A stretch of 64,000 nucleotides of DNA, from positions 105,265,683 through 105,329,682 of the forward strand of contig NC_057718.1 of NCBI RefSeq assembly GCF_004010195.1, written 5' to 3'. Below are positions 1-13,049 of the stretch, piece by piece. This DNA comes from Chiloscyllium plagiosum (taxonomy: Eukaryota). The notes beneath the pieces were generated by a model. The model had not been told where the DNA came from. It worked only from the letters and a program-made list of their open reading frames with translations, and did no database searches. The first letter of the stretch is position 1. Every line of letters begins with the position of its first letter. A program made the position numbers and the translations under genes.

Positions 1-779
1 CCGGGAATATTCTCCCTCAGCACAGCTGTAATGCTATCCCTTATCAAAAATACCACTCCCCCTCCTCTCTTGCCTCCCTTTCTATCCTTCCTGTAGCATT
101 TGTATCCTGGAACATTATGCTGCCAGTCCTGCCCTTCCCTGAGCCATGTTTCTGTAACTGCTATGATATCCCAGTCCCATGTTCCTAACTACGCCCAGAG
201 TTCATCTGCCTTCCCTGTTAGGCCCCTTGCATTGAAATAAATGCAGTTTAATTTATTAGTCCGACTTTGTCCCTGCCTGCCCTGACTGTTTGATTCACTT
301 CTGTTCTCAACTGTACCAGTCTCAAATTGATCTCTTTCCTCACTATCTCCCTGGGTCCCACCTCCCACCGTACTAGTTTAAATCCTCCCAAGCAGTTCTA
401 GCAAATTTCCCTGCCAGTATATTAGTCCCCTTCCAATTTAGGTGCAATCCGTCCTTCTTGAACAGGTCACTTCTACCCCAAAAGAGATTCCAATGATCCA
501 AAAATGTGAATCCTTCTCCCATACACCAGCTCCTCAGCCATACATTCATCTGCTCTATCCTCCTATTCCTTCCCTCACTAGCTCATAGCACTGGGATTAA
601 TCCAGATATCAGAAAAAGACAGCATGGTTACCTTGATTTGCTTCTAAATGCCCTGCCATAATACCTTTTAAAATAGCTTCTCACATCTTAACAGATGCTC
701 AGCTATCCAGCCTGTATTTTCCTGCAATTCATCTGCTCGTGAAGCAGAATGAACAACAGACCTGCACGAGAAGGACAGC

Positions 780-1890
780 AGTAGTACAACATAAAGAATC
801 TGCAAGGGGGTACAGATAGGTTGTGTGAGTGAGCGAGCAAAAACTTGTCAGGTGAGTTTAATGCAGCAAAACAAAGAGTGCTGCACTTTGGTAGGAATAA
901 TCAAAACTTGGATCATCATTTAAATGGACACAGACTCCAAAAAAGTGAAGCACATGAGGATTGAATGTTCTTGTGCATAAAACACAAAGTTAGCAGGCAG
1001 GTGCAGCAAGTAATCAAGATGACAAGTTGAAATTTTACCTTTATTGTTAGGGATTTGAGCTTGAAAACAGGGAAGGCTTGTTACAACTATACAGGGGTAT
1101 TGGTGAGATGCACCTGTGGTACTGTTACAGTTTTAGTCATTATATTTAAGCAAAGATATACCGGCATTGAAGCAGTTGAAAAGAGATTCATGAGCTGATT
1201 CCTGGGATGAAGAAGTTAACTTATCAAGAACAGCTAAACAAGTTAGAGAGCTTAAGTGAATGGAGGAAGGTTTCACTGAAGCATACAAGATTTTGAGGGG
1301 GCTTAACAAGATAGGTAGAGATGTTTCCATTAGTAGGGGAATCTCAAACTGGGGACAGTTACAAAAATAAAAGGGGACATTCGTTGAAAACTGAAATGCA
1401 AAGGAGTTTCTTCTCTCAGTGGATAACAAATGTCTGGAATTCTCCATCCCAAATAATTGTGGAAGCTAGATCACTGAAAGCATTTAAAGGGGAGGTGGAT
1501 AAGATTTTTCAAATATAAATATAATAATCAGGTCTGAAAGAAGAGTAGAGGCCTGGGGGAGATCAGTCATGATAGAGACAGAGTCAGAGTCAGATGTACA
1601 GCACAGAAGCAGACCCTTTGGCTCAACTTGTTCATGCCAACCTAAATTAATTTAATACCATTTGTCAGACTTGGCTCATGTCCCGCTAAACCGTTACTAT
1701 TCATATACCCATTATGATGCCTTTTAAATGCTGTAATTGTACCAGCCTCCACCACTTTCTCTGGCTGCTCATTCCATACGTGCACCAGCCTTTGTGTGAA
1801 GAAAAAAAAAAATCACCCTTTAAGTCCTTTTTAAGTCTTTCCCCTCTCATCGTAAAACTATGCCCTCTAATTCTGGACTCTCCACTGGGC
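780..1890. mobile_element. Two converging CR1-type LINE 3' fragments (plus ~780-1510, minus ~1575-1890)
   Basis: MFPLVGESQTGDSYK...WNS and SRIRGHSFTMRGERLKKDLKG, typical CR1 ORF2 C-termini. Confidence 0.75.
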
Positions 1891-3827
1891 AAACCTGAAA
1901 GGATTCTATTTCTTTTGTTCTTCCATTTCCTGACAACTATTTCTTGGATGTTCAGTGTACCTTCTACAATGAAGAAAGATGCAAAATAGCTGTTCAATTC
2001 ATCTACCGTTTGCTTATTTGCCATTATTCATCCCACTTTTGATACAATCAACTCTCACTTCATGAATGTTCCTTTTCTAAACTACCATCAGAAACACGTA
2101 TGTCTTTACATTTTTAGGTAGCATTCTTTATGGTCTATATTTTTCCCTCATTAATATTTCATGCATCCTTTGCTGTTTCTCATACTGTATCCAATCCTCC
2201 GATCTGCCATCTATCTTTGTGTAATTATATGTTGCTTTAAGACTGATACTATGATTAACTTTTTAAGTTAACCATGAATGGTGCCAACCCCCACCTCTGT
2301 GGTGACTGAATCCTCTAGCTAATATCTTAATGGACCTTTATCAAAATTTAGCATAACCTCTTTGCTTTTGCAGTAAATGCCTCTATTTATTAAGATCAAG
2401 ATCAAATAATTTTGGAAAAATTCTCTTAATATGTCCCACCATCTTCAAAGATTGATGCATGTGTACTTCTCAGTCCCTGCTTCTGCACATTTTAAAATTG
2501 TGTCATTAAGACCAGAGCATATTTCTCTGTCCCTTCTTCCAAATGCATCACCTCATTTTTCTCTATATTAATTTCCACCTAGACTTGTGACACGAAGTCC
2601 AGCTGCAGACAATTCATACCATCCTCACCAGTTTCCACTCTCCCAAGTTTGGCACAATCAGCACAATTTGAAATTTTACTCCCTCGTCCAACATCCAAGT
2701 CATTTATATATAAGCTAAAGAAAAAGCCCTGGTCTTTGCACTATGCTAAGAGAACACCATGGTCTCTCATTTTCCAATGCAAGAAACAATCCACCATAAC
2801 TCACTGCTTTCTGTCCTCAAGTCAACTTTATATCCAATTGGATCTTAACTTGCCTATACTATTTGCAATGCCAAAATTGAATGTCAGTCAACCAGCAACT
2901 TCTAACAAAGTCACTCATGTTCTGATACTACTGACCTGAAACATTAAGTCTAATTTCTCTCACCATTGATGCAGTCATACATTTTCTGCTCTTCTTACTT
3001 CATTTCCCTGAGCTTTGATTCAATGGCAGCTAATTATCTGTTTCTGAACAAAGTAAGTTTTGATATTGATTCCCACCTCAAACTCAAACACCAAAAAAAA
3101 GTTTGCTATTATTTCCTAGCTAGATTTTTTGATTAGGAAGCAAAGAAATGCTCGATGATCTTAAAACGAAACTGGCCAAATGCAACATCCAATTTAAATC
3201 AGAATAGAGAAAGAATTAATTTGAATCAGTGAAAATTACTTTTCTTATAAAGATATTATTATAAAGATGTTACTGTATTGGACTATGAAGAATCTGTAAT
3301 TATTAGAATTTAATTTTGAACTACAGTTACCCACTGAGCATTTGAAAAGTATGATGGCCAGATTATGTAGTCAGTGATGTAATGGCACTCGCCAGCCATC
3401 TCAGCCAGCTGACCACAGAATTTCCATGACCTTTTCAGAGGAGATTCCCTATCACAGAGTCTGATTCAGCATGATCCAGCCTTCAATGTTTGACAGTGCA
3501 GAAAACAACACTGCTGTTCTTCAGTAATAAACACAAAATCCTGGATAAACCCAGCAGGTCTGTCAGTATCTGTGGAGAGAGAAACAGAGAGTTAAGAATA
3601 AGTCACATCAGACTTTGAACATTTAACTTGGTTTCTGTCTCCACAGGTGCTGCCAGACTGCTGGGTTTCACCAGCATTTTCTGCTGTAATGGCACATTTC
3701 CAGAATCAGTGTCTTGCCTTTATTTTACTGCTACTTTTCAAGCAGATAGTCTCGTATGAATTTTACACAGTTTAATCATAAAGGAATTGAGAAAAATAGA
3801 TCCTGTGTGGACTAGCTGGCAGGAATA

Positions 3828-5185
3828 TTTGCAGACATCTTTAACCTCTCCTTAATATGATCTGAAGTCCCCATTTGCTTCAGGACCACCATCATCCAGT
3901 GCCAAAGAAAAATCATGCAGCCTGCCTCAAATGATTACCAACCAGTGACTCTGACTTCCATAATTACAAAATGCTTCAATAGATAAATCATGGCTAACAT
4001 CAACTCCAGCCCATCAAACTGCCTTGATCCTTTGCAATTTGCCTATCAGCGCAACAGGTCCACAATAGATGACATCTCCCAGACCCTACACTCATCCCTG
4101 GAACATGTGGATAACAAGGATATCTACATTAGGTTTCTACTTATTAACTACAGTTCCAATTTCAACACCATAATTCCTAACAAACTTATCCCTAAACTCT
4201 GAGACCCAAGTCTCACCTCCTCCTTTTCCTGACCCACAGACCACAATTATTATGAACAGGGGACAACATCTCCTCCGCCATAATCCTCAATACTAGTGAC
4301 CCCGCAAGGCTGCGTACTCAGCTCCTACAATACACACAACAATGTGGCCAACTCTAGTGACAAATTTGCTGATGACACCACTATTGTAGATCGGATTTCA
4401 AACAACGACAAGACAGGATACGTGAAAGAGATTGAGTGCTTAGCGGTATGGTAGGACGACAACAATCTCTCCATCAATGTCAACAAAATAAAGGAGCTGG
4501 ATATTGACGTCAGAAAGCAGAGTGGAGGGCACGCCCCTGTCTGCATCAATAGTGCTGAGGTGGAGATGGTCAGGAGCGTTAGATTCCTGCGAGTGATGAT
4601 CAACAGCAATCTGTCTGGTCCACCCACATCGACGCAACAGTCAAGAAAGCACAATGTCTCTATTTTCCTCAGGGAACTAAGGAAATTTATCATGGCCACA
4701 AGGACTCTTACCAGTTTTTATAGATGTACCAAAGAAAGCATCCTCTAGGACACTTCACAGGGTGGTATGGCAACTGCTCTTCCCAAGACCGCAGACCTGC
4801 ACAGTCATGAAAACAACCCAATCCATCCACTGACTCCATCTATACTTCCCACACTGCCTCAGGAAAGCAGCCAACATAATCAAAGACCCTTCCCACCACA
4901 ATTATACTCTCTTTCACCCTCCTCTTTCAGGCAGAAGATATAAAAGTCTAAATATACATAGATTCAAGAACAGCTTCATCCCTGCTGTTATCAGACTTTT
5001 GAACAGATGTTTCAAAATGTTAATTCTGATCTCTCTCTACACTTTCCCTGCGGCTGTAACACTGTACTCTGCACTCTGTTCTGCTACCCTGATGCATTTT
5101 GTATGGTACAATCTGCCTGCAGAGCACACAAAACAACACTGTTCACTGTATCTCTGTGTATATGACAACAGTAGATCAAAATTAA
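3828..5185 (+). mobile_element. Rex1/Babar-like LINE, decayed RT and 3' end
   Basis: ORF 3990: LDPLQFAYQRNRST...DNKDIYIRFLLINYSSNFNTIIPNKL; KFADDTTIV-encoding segment ~4362. Confidence 0.8.
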
Positions 5186-5734
5186 AATTTAATCATTTAC
5201 TTTAATGACAGGCATAAATCTGTGTCACTTTTTGACACTGGCAATAAAAATTATACAAATAAAATGCTTTCTTGAGAATTTAAATCAATGTGATATTTAC
5301 TGTTTTGGTTTTCTTCAATACCATTATACAGGAAAGCAGATTATATGGTTAACCTTATTGACCTGTGAGATTGTAGCACCAAATGAGTAATTTCAAACCT
5401 ACATATAAATAAGGAGGAATGGATCATTTAACTCCACAAGCCTGCTCTGCCATTCAGTAAGATGATGGCTGACCTGACTACAACCTTAAATTTATATTCC
5501 TGCCTACCACTGATAATATCATATCCCCTTAATAAGAATCTGCCTACCTCTGCTTGTCATCCTATCAGAAACACAATCAATAATCAGAAAGAATCTTGTC
5601 ACCTCTCCGTCTTAAAGGGACAACACTGTACTTTTAAACATTATTATAGATTCACTGTTCTAGATTCTCACACAAAAGGAAACATTCCATATTTACCCTC
5701 TCAAGAACTTCCTCAGGATTTTATATGTTTCAAT

Positions 5735-6365
5735 TGTTATGGATCAGGTCGGACCCCCTCAAGACATTTCAAGAAAGTAGCCAAGATGCTAACTTTGCTC
5801 GTTGTTTTAAGCAGGTGTGGGTGGATATTCCAGGAGTGATTTGATACAGCTGGCCCAGGCACTGACTTTTAAACCAAACAGAATTTATTTGCAAGATTAC
5901 TGAATTAAACACAAACAAAAGAGAACAGAATACAGAATGACTGAACCTATCTGAAACCCAACACATTATCACAACTTCATAATGCTGTTCCAAATACTTG
6001 CTACAATCCCCATAAACACCCCTTGCAAAAAAGGTAAAATCAAACACAGGGTCTTACAGGAGAGATGTCAGAGAGAGGAAGGATCAGCATGGACGCGCTT
6101 CTTTAGGTCCAGCAGTTTCACAACTCTGCTTGCTAAAACCAAATCAAACCAGAGAAAAGCTGAGCTGGCAGAACTGCCCACTCCCCCTTCATTATACAAG
6201 TGTTTTTTTTAACTTGAAAGAGTTTTGCCTGAGGTAGTATCTATTAGTTATAGTCAAATTGGCCCTAAAACCCTTCAAACCTAGACCTCCCGGAGTCTGT
6301 GATTATGATCCTCTTAAAAAAAACCAAGGACAACACAACCTTGTTAAAGGAGCAGCACCATCACA
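5735..6365. mobile_element. Solo LTR (631 bp) inserted in a CR1 fragment
   Basis: TGTTATGG...CCATCACA termini (imperfect inverted repeat, TG..CA) flanked by a 4-bp target-site duplication CAAT (5731-5734, 6366-6369). Confidence 0.75.
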
Positions 6366-7376
6366 CAATCAAGTTGTAGCTTGCTGTTCTAAACTCCATT
6401 GGATACAAATCTAGTCCACGAAGCTTTCCTCATCGAATAACCTGCCCATTCCAGATATTAATCTGGTAAACATTGTCAGAAACTGCTTCCATTGGATTTA
6501 CATCTTTCCTTAAATAAAGTTACCAACACTCTGCACATTACTTCAGATTTGGTCAGGAATCTTCATCTTCAAAATCCTCATCAGCTTCATTTCATTCTAT
6601 TTTTGTAATGCTTCCCATTTTTTCATTCCCATCAATTCTCGATACAATTGGGAATAGGATGACACTACTTCACCTTTAACAGTTTCAACTTAACTTACTA
6701 CTCCCTGGAACTGCATGTCTAAACTTTTCACATCCTACTTGTCCAATCATTTTATACTTCTCATTGCCGCAGAAAGGCTGCCAACATCAAAAGTTCCTCC
6801 CACCCAGGTAATGCTCTCTTCCTGCAGGCAGAAGATATAGAAGCTTGAACATAAGCATTTCAGGTTCAAGAACAGCTTCTTTCCTGTCATTAATAGGCAG
6901 TTAGACCTCTCTAACTTCAAATAATGCTGATCTTGCTAATAGTGATCTTGCTTTATGCATCTCCTGTACAGCTGTAGCTTTGTATGCCTCACTGTCTGAG
7001 CATCCCATGATATGTATGTCCTTGTTTGCTACAATCTGCCTGTACTGCTCACAAAACAAAACTTTTCACTGTTCGTATGTACGTACATTGTGACAACAAT
7101 TAATCAAATAAATAGATCAATGGGATGCATTGGAGTCCTGTCTCCATGCCTTACACATGATGGCTGCAGTGCTGAGGCTTAGACTTACCTTTGAGTAACA
7201 AACGCAAGACAATGTAGCAACATCTTTATTTAAAGTCCATAATTTTACTCAATTTCTGTCAAAACGTCATCTACAATTAATCAACATCCACTTGTTTTCA
7301 CCTGTGGACGACTATGAGACATGGTCTACATTCAGTTATATAAATGGATAGCTGCTGCAATGAGGAGAATACATAC

Positions 7377-7513
7377 TTCTTGCTCACTGGGTGAAGCAGT
7401 CTCCAGTAACCGAGTAAGCTCCTTCCCCATGGTGCTTTCTAGCTCCCGGCACTCAAACTGGACAGAAATACCTTTTGACATGGTTGTGGTGAAAAGTGAA
7501 GGTAAAGGAACAC
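7377..7513 (-). CDS. UGP2: UGP2 (UDP-glucose pyrophosphorylase) exon 2: (G)VPLPSLFTTTMSKGISVQFECRELESTMGKELTRLLETASPSEQE
   Basis: Splice sites ttctag|GT and GAA|gtatgt. Resembles human MSQDGASQFQEVIRQELELSVKKELEKILTTASSHEFE with the same phase 1->0 structure, and lies downstream of MDH1 on the same strand as in other vertebrates. Later exons were not found and presumably lie left of the window. Confidence 0.8.
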
Positions 7514-7769
7514 CTAGAACATAGGGCGAGAAAAGCAACATTTTCAGTACACAGCCCTGAGAAATGCATTACAATAACTTTGCTGATGGTACTTTGCCGC
7601 TGAATCATTCATTGGCAGGAATTGATCAAAATATTAAATTAAATAGAGATCACCAAAGAACAGATCTTGAGAAAGCATGCCAAATAGGCCAAGAGGAGCA
7701 TAACTGGTTTCTGATAGTTTGAAATTAAGTATAACTAGTCACCTGGCAGGATTTAGCCTTTAACTGGAT

Positions 7770-9220
7770 GAAGACATCAGTACTTGTTTTTCCTCATACA
7801 TATTCATGACCTAGATCTCGGTATTCAGGGTACAATTTCAAAGTTTGCAAATGATGTAAAATTTGGAAAATTGTAAACTGTGAGGAAAGTATAGAACTCA
7901 AAAGGATATGGACAATTGGTCAGTGAACAGATGGGTGGCATAGTTTTCAAAGCAGAAGTTTAATTTGGTGCATTTTTGGTAGGAAGAACATTGAAAGACA
8001 ATGTGAAATAGGGGTTACAATCCTAAAGAAGGAGGAGGCGCAGGCACAGGCACAGAGGGACCTGTGTGTATATATGCACAGATCACTGAAGGTGACAGTA
8101 GCGTAAACATAGCAATAAGCACTCAGTAACCTTGACTTTATTAATAGGGGACTAGCATACGAGAGCAATGAGGTGATGCTGAATTTATATATGACACTTG
8201 TTAGACCTTAGCTACAGTATTGTGTACAGTTCTGGGAACCACATTAAAGAAAGGATTGAGTGCATTGGAGAGAGGATGAAAGCAATTTACAAGAATGACA
8301 CCATGGATGAGAAATGTCAGCTGGAGGTTGGATTGAAGCCATTGGGACTGTTCTCCTTGGAGAGAAAACCAAGCAAATATTTCAGAGGTTTTCAGAAACA
8401 AGAGGAGATAGAGAGAAACTGTTCCTGTTTGTAAAAAGATGAAGAAAAGGGCATAGATTTAAAGTGATTTGCAAAAGCCACAGGGGTAATATGAGGAAAA
8501 AGTGTTTTTTTTTTCACTTAGCCTGGAAATGTGGTGGAGGCATAATTAATTGGGGCATTTGAAAGGGCATTGGATTATACTTTGTTAAGAACAACATGCA
8601 CAAATATAGGGGTAAAAACAGGAGATTGGCTCGAGGTTCATTTTAAAGAGTTGGTGCAGGCACAATGAGTCAAATGATCTTCTGAAAAAATAGAAAAGCT
8701 TCACTGAATTTATCATGGCTAATCTGATAATTCTCAACTCCACTTTCCTGCCTTTTTTCCCATAACTCGCCCCTCATAATTAAAAATATACTTAATGACC
8801 CAGCCTCTACAGCATTGTGGTAAAGAATTCCAGAAATTCATTTCCTCTGAAAGAAGAAATTCCTCGTCTGTCTTAAAATGACCCCTTCTTCTGAGATTAC
8901 ATCTTCTAGTCATAGAATTGCTGACAAGGAGAAAACATCTCCACATCTACTCTGTCAAGGTCTCTTAAGAATCCTGTATGTTTCAATAAGGTCACCTCTT
9001 ATTCTTTTAAACCGCAACAAGTACAGGCCCAATCTACTCAAACTATTATCATAAGACAGACCCTCCATATCAGGAAGGATACCAGACCTAATGAACCTTC
9101 TCTGGATGAACTTCCAATGTCAGTATATCTTTCCTTGGATAAGGGGGCTCAAAACCTTTCATCGTATTCCCACATGGTCTAACTAATGACTTATATAGTT
9201 TCAGCAAGACTTGGCTTTTT
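7770..9220. mobile_element. Old CR1-type LINE fragments (plus ~7770-8660, minus ~8700-9220)
   Basis: SKFANDVK-like RT segment at ~7840; LLKLYKSLVRP motif in ORF 9088. Confidence 0.65.
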
Positions 9221-9224
9221 TTTA

Positions 9225-11590
9225 ATATTAGAACATAGAACAGCACAGAACAGGCCGACAATGTTGTACCAAGCATTTACCTTAATCTAAGATCAACTTA
9301 ACCTATACACCCCTCAATTTACAGACATCCATGTGCTTGTCCAGCAGTCACTTAAATATCCTTACTCCCACTGCTGGCAGTACATTCCACACACGCAGCA
9401 CTCTCTGCATAAAGAACTTACCTCTGACATCTCCCCTGTACCTTCCTCCAATCACCTTAAATTAAGACCCTTCATGGCAGCCATTTCTGCCCTGGGGAAA
9501 TCTGTGTACTCTATCTATACATCTTATTACCTTGTATACCTCTATCAAGTCACCTTTCTTCCTCCTCTCCGGTGTGAAAATCCCTAGCTTACTCAACCTC
9601 TCTTCATAAGACAAGCCCTCCAATCCAAGCAGCATCCTGGTAAATCTCCACTGCACCCTCTCCATCTACATCCGTCCTATAATGAAGTGACCAGAACTAG
9701 AAATAACATCCCAAGTGTGGTCCAACCAGGGTTCTATAGAGCTGCAGCAAAACCTTGCAGCTCTTAAACTCAATCCCCTTGTTAATGAAAACCAAAAACC
9801 ATATGCCTTCTTAACCCTATCAACTTGGGTGGCAGCTTTGAGGGATCTACGTACGTGGACCCCAAGATCCCGCTGTTCCTCCACATTGCCAAGAATCCTG
9901 TATTCAACATTCAAATTCAACCTTCCAAAATGAATCACTTTGCATTTATCCAGGTTGAACTCCATCTGCCACTTCCCAGCCCAGCTCTGCATCCTGTCAA
10001 TGTCTTGTTGTAGCCTGCAACAGCCCTCGGCACTATCTACAACACCACCAACCTTTGTGTCATCAGCAAACTTACTTACCTACCCTTCCACTTCATCCAA
10101 GTCATCTATAAAATCTACAAAAATCAGGGGCCAAGAACAGATCCCTGCAGGATATCACTCGTCACCAACTTCCAGGTGAAATACTTTCCATCCACCACCA
10201 CTCACTGTCTTCTTTTGGCCAGCCAATTCTGTATCTAGACAGCCAAATTTCCCTGTATCCCATACCTTCTAACTTTCTGAATGAGCCTACCATGGGGACC
10301 CTTATCAAATGCCTTACTGAAGTCTACATAGACCACATCCACTGCTCGACCTGAGTCAACTTGTCTCCTCACATCCTCAAAGAACTTAATAAGGTTTATG
10401 AGACATGACCTGTCCCTCACAAAGCCATGCTGACGATCTTTAAATCCTCTCTCAGAATCCTTTCCAATACTTTGCTTATCACAGACGTAATACTGACTGG
10501 TCCGTAATCCCCAGAGATTGCCCTATTCCCTTTCTTGAACAGAGGACCAACATTTGCCTCCCTCCAATCAGCTGGTAGTACACCAATGGAGAGTGAGGAT
10601 GCAAAGATCTTTGCCAGAGGCACAGCAATCTCATTCCTCACTTCCCTTAGTAACCTTGGACATATCTGGTCCTGCCCTGGAGACTTATCTATCTTGATGG
10701 TTCCCAGAGTTTCCACTTTCTTAATATCAATCTGCTCAAGCCCATTAACCTGGTCCATGGTATTCACAAGGTCCCTCTCTCTAGTGAATACTGAAGCAAT
10801 AAACTCATTTAGGGCCTCCCATACCTCATCAGACTCCAGGCCAAGTTCCCTCCACTACCTCTGATCAGCCCAACACTCTCTCTGATCATTCTCTTATTCC
10901 TCACAAATGTGTAGAAATGCCTTTGGGTTTACCCTCATCCTTCCTGCCAAGGCTTTTTCGTGTCCCCTCCCAACTCTTCTCAGTCCATTTTTGAGTTCTT
11001 TCCCAGCTACCCTGCAATTCCCTAAGCTGTGCCAGATCCTTGCTTCTCAATCTTAAGTAAGCAGCCTTCTTTCTCTTGATGAGAAGCTCCTCTTCTCTTG
11101 TCATCCAAGGCTCCTTCACCTTACCATTCCTTGCCTGTCTCAGTAGGACAGTTATCCAACACTCGCAACAAGTGCTCCTTAAATGGTCTCCATATTTCTG
11201 TTATGCATTTCCAGTAGAACAATTGTTCCCAATTTATATTCCACAGCTCCTGTCTAATAGTGGTATAATTTCCCCTCCCTTAATTAAATACCTTCCCATA
11301 CTGTCTGTTCCTATCCCTCTCCATGGCTATGGTAAATGGGTGGTTGTGGTCACTGTCACCAAAATGCTCTCCCACCAAGAGATCTGACACCTGACCTGGC
11401 TCGTTGCCAAGCCTTCCCTCCAGTCGGCCTATCTACATATTGAGTCAGGAGTCCCTCCTGGGCACACCTGACAAAAATCAGCTCCATCCAGACCACGTGC
11501 ACTAAGGAGATTCCAATCAATATTGGGGAAGTACAAGTCACCTATAACAACAACTATGTTATATCTGCACCTTTCCAAGATCTGCTGTTC
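9225..11590 (-). mobile_element. CR1/HER1-type LINE, long decayed ORF2
   Basis: ORFs with KSPGQDQICPRLLREV, DWREANVGPLFKKG, VDVVYVDFSKAFDK, WQMEFNLDKCKVIHFG, LERVQWRFTRMLLG. Confidence 0.9.
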
Positions 11591-13049
11591 AATCTGTCTG
11601 TTATATAGGCTATACTAGCATTGCATTTAGAAACATGTACTATATATATAACATTTTATGCACCCTGACAAATTTATTTGAATGTTTGAGGAGTTAACAA
11701 GCAGGATAAATGGGAATCACTGGTTGCAATATTTGGATGTATCAATTATTGGATGAGGTAAGTGAATGCAATCAAGTTTGCAGATGACACAAAAATAGGC
11801 AGGAAGGCAATCTGCAGAGGAGCACAAACAGGTCAAGCAAGTGAGCAAAAACTTGGCAAATGGAATATAATGCGAAAATATGAGGTCATGCACTTTGGCG
11901 GAAAGAGGAGCTGAATATGATTTAAATACAGAAAGATAACAAGCAGCGAGGGATTTGACGGTCCTCAAGCATAAATCACAAAAAAGCTAGCAGTTTAAGT
12001 CTGTTTTCAGAATACCTGGAATACTGTGAACAGTCTGATCGCTAATCTAAAAGAAAGGTGTACTGGGAATGGGATTTAGAAGAACGAGAGGTGATTTATT
12101 GAAACATACACAATCCTTATGGGACTCAACAGGGTAGAAATTGAAAAATTGTTACCCCTTATGGGAGAGTCTAGGAGCCATGGGCATAATCTCAGACAAG
12201 ACGTCATCCAAATCAGAAAGAATTTCTTCTCTCAGAAGATAATGAATAGGTGGCATTGTTTACCATAGAGAGGTGTTGAGGCGGGGTCACTAAGTATACT
12301 CAAGGATGAAATAGACAAATTTTTAATCAGTCAGAGAATCAAGGGTTAGGTCAAAAAGGCAGCAAAGTTGATCCAAAATTCCATGGTATAGCTCTACTTC
12401 TTTGCTTTGTTTTCAAATGTTTACTCAATTTAATTTTGAAAGCTACCGTCAGTGCCATTTGAGGATGAACATTTCAGATTACAACTAGCCACATGTAAAA
12501 AATTACCAATTATCTTAAATCTATGCTTTTGGTTCACAAATTTTCCTGTCACTGTAAATAATTTCTCTGAAGCTGTTTTCTATTGGAATCCATTATAAAT
12601 GGTTATTAGGTCATCCCCTAACCATCTAACCTTAAGGATAACCACTCTAGCTTTTATAGTCTCTCCTGAAACTCCTCATCCTGATGAAAGAACCTCCTTC
12701 TGCATTTTATTCAATATTCTGACATATAATCAGTTCTTCTATAACGCAATGATTGCTCTCTAGTGCAACCCCACGTTACAGAAAAGTCAACCTTTAGAAA
12801 CAGCGTTTAAAGTGTTGATGCTATAATCATGTTACAGCCAACACACATTTTAAACATTCCTGCTGTAGAAACAGCATCCCCAATTCGCCAAACTCGTTAT
12901 AGCAAATTTGCAGTGACAAAACATGCATTATAACAGAACAACCTATAATCTCATTTGTAAAGTTTCTAAGGCCTTTTATCAGACTGTTAGGACCATAAAA
13001 CTCAAGAGTAAAAAGTACACCAACCAAAACTTTGAGTCTGCCACACCAT

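Noticed and set aside
632-761. Exon-like segment on the minus strand (ttctcgtgcag|G...CAAG|gtaacc) as UGP2 exon 3
   Set aside because: It is 130 nt, has stops in all three frames, shows no similarity to the expected HTKKDLDGFRKLFHRFL, and sits between LINE fragments.
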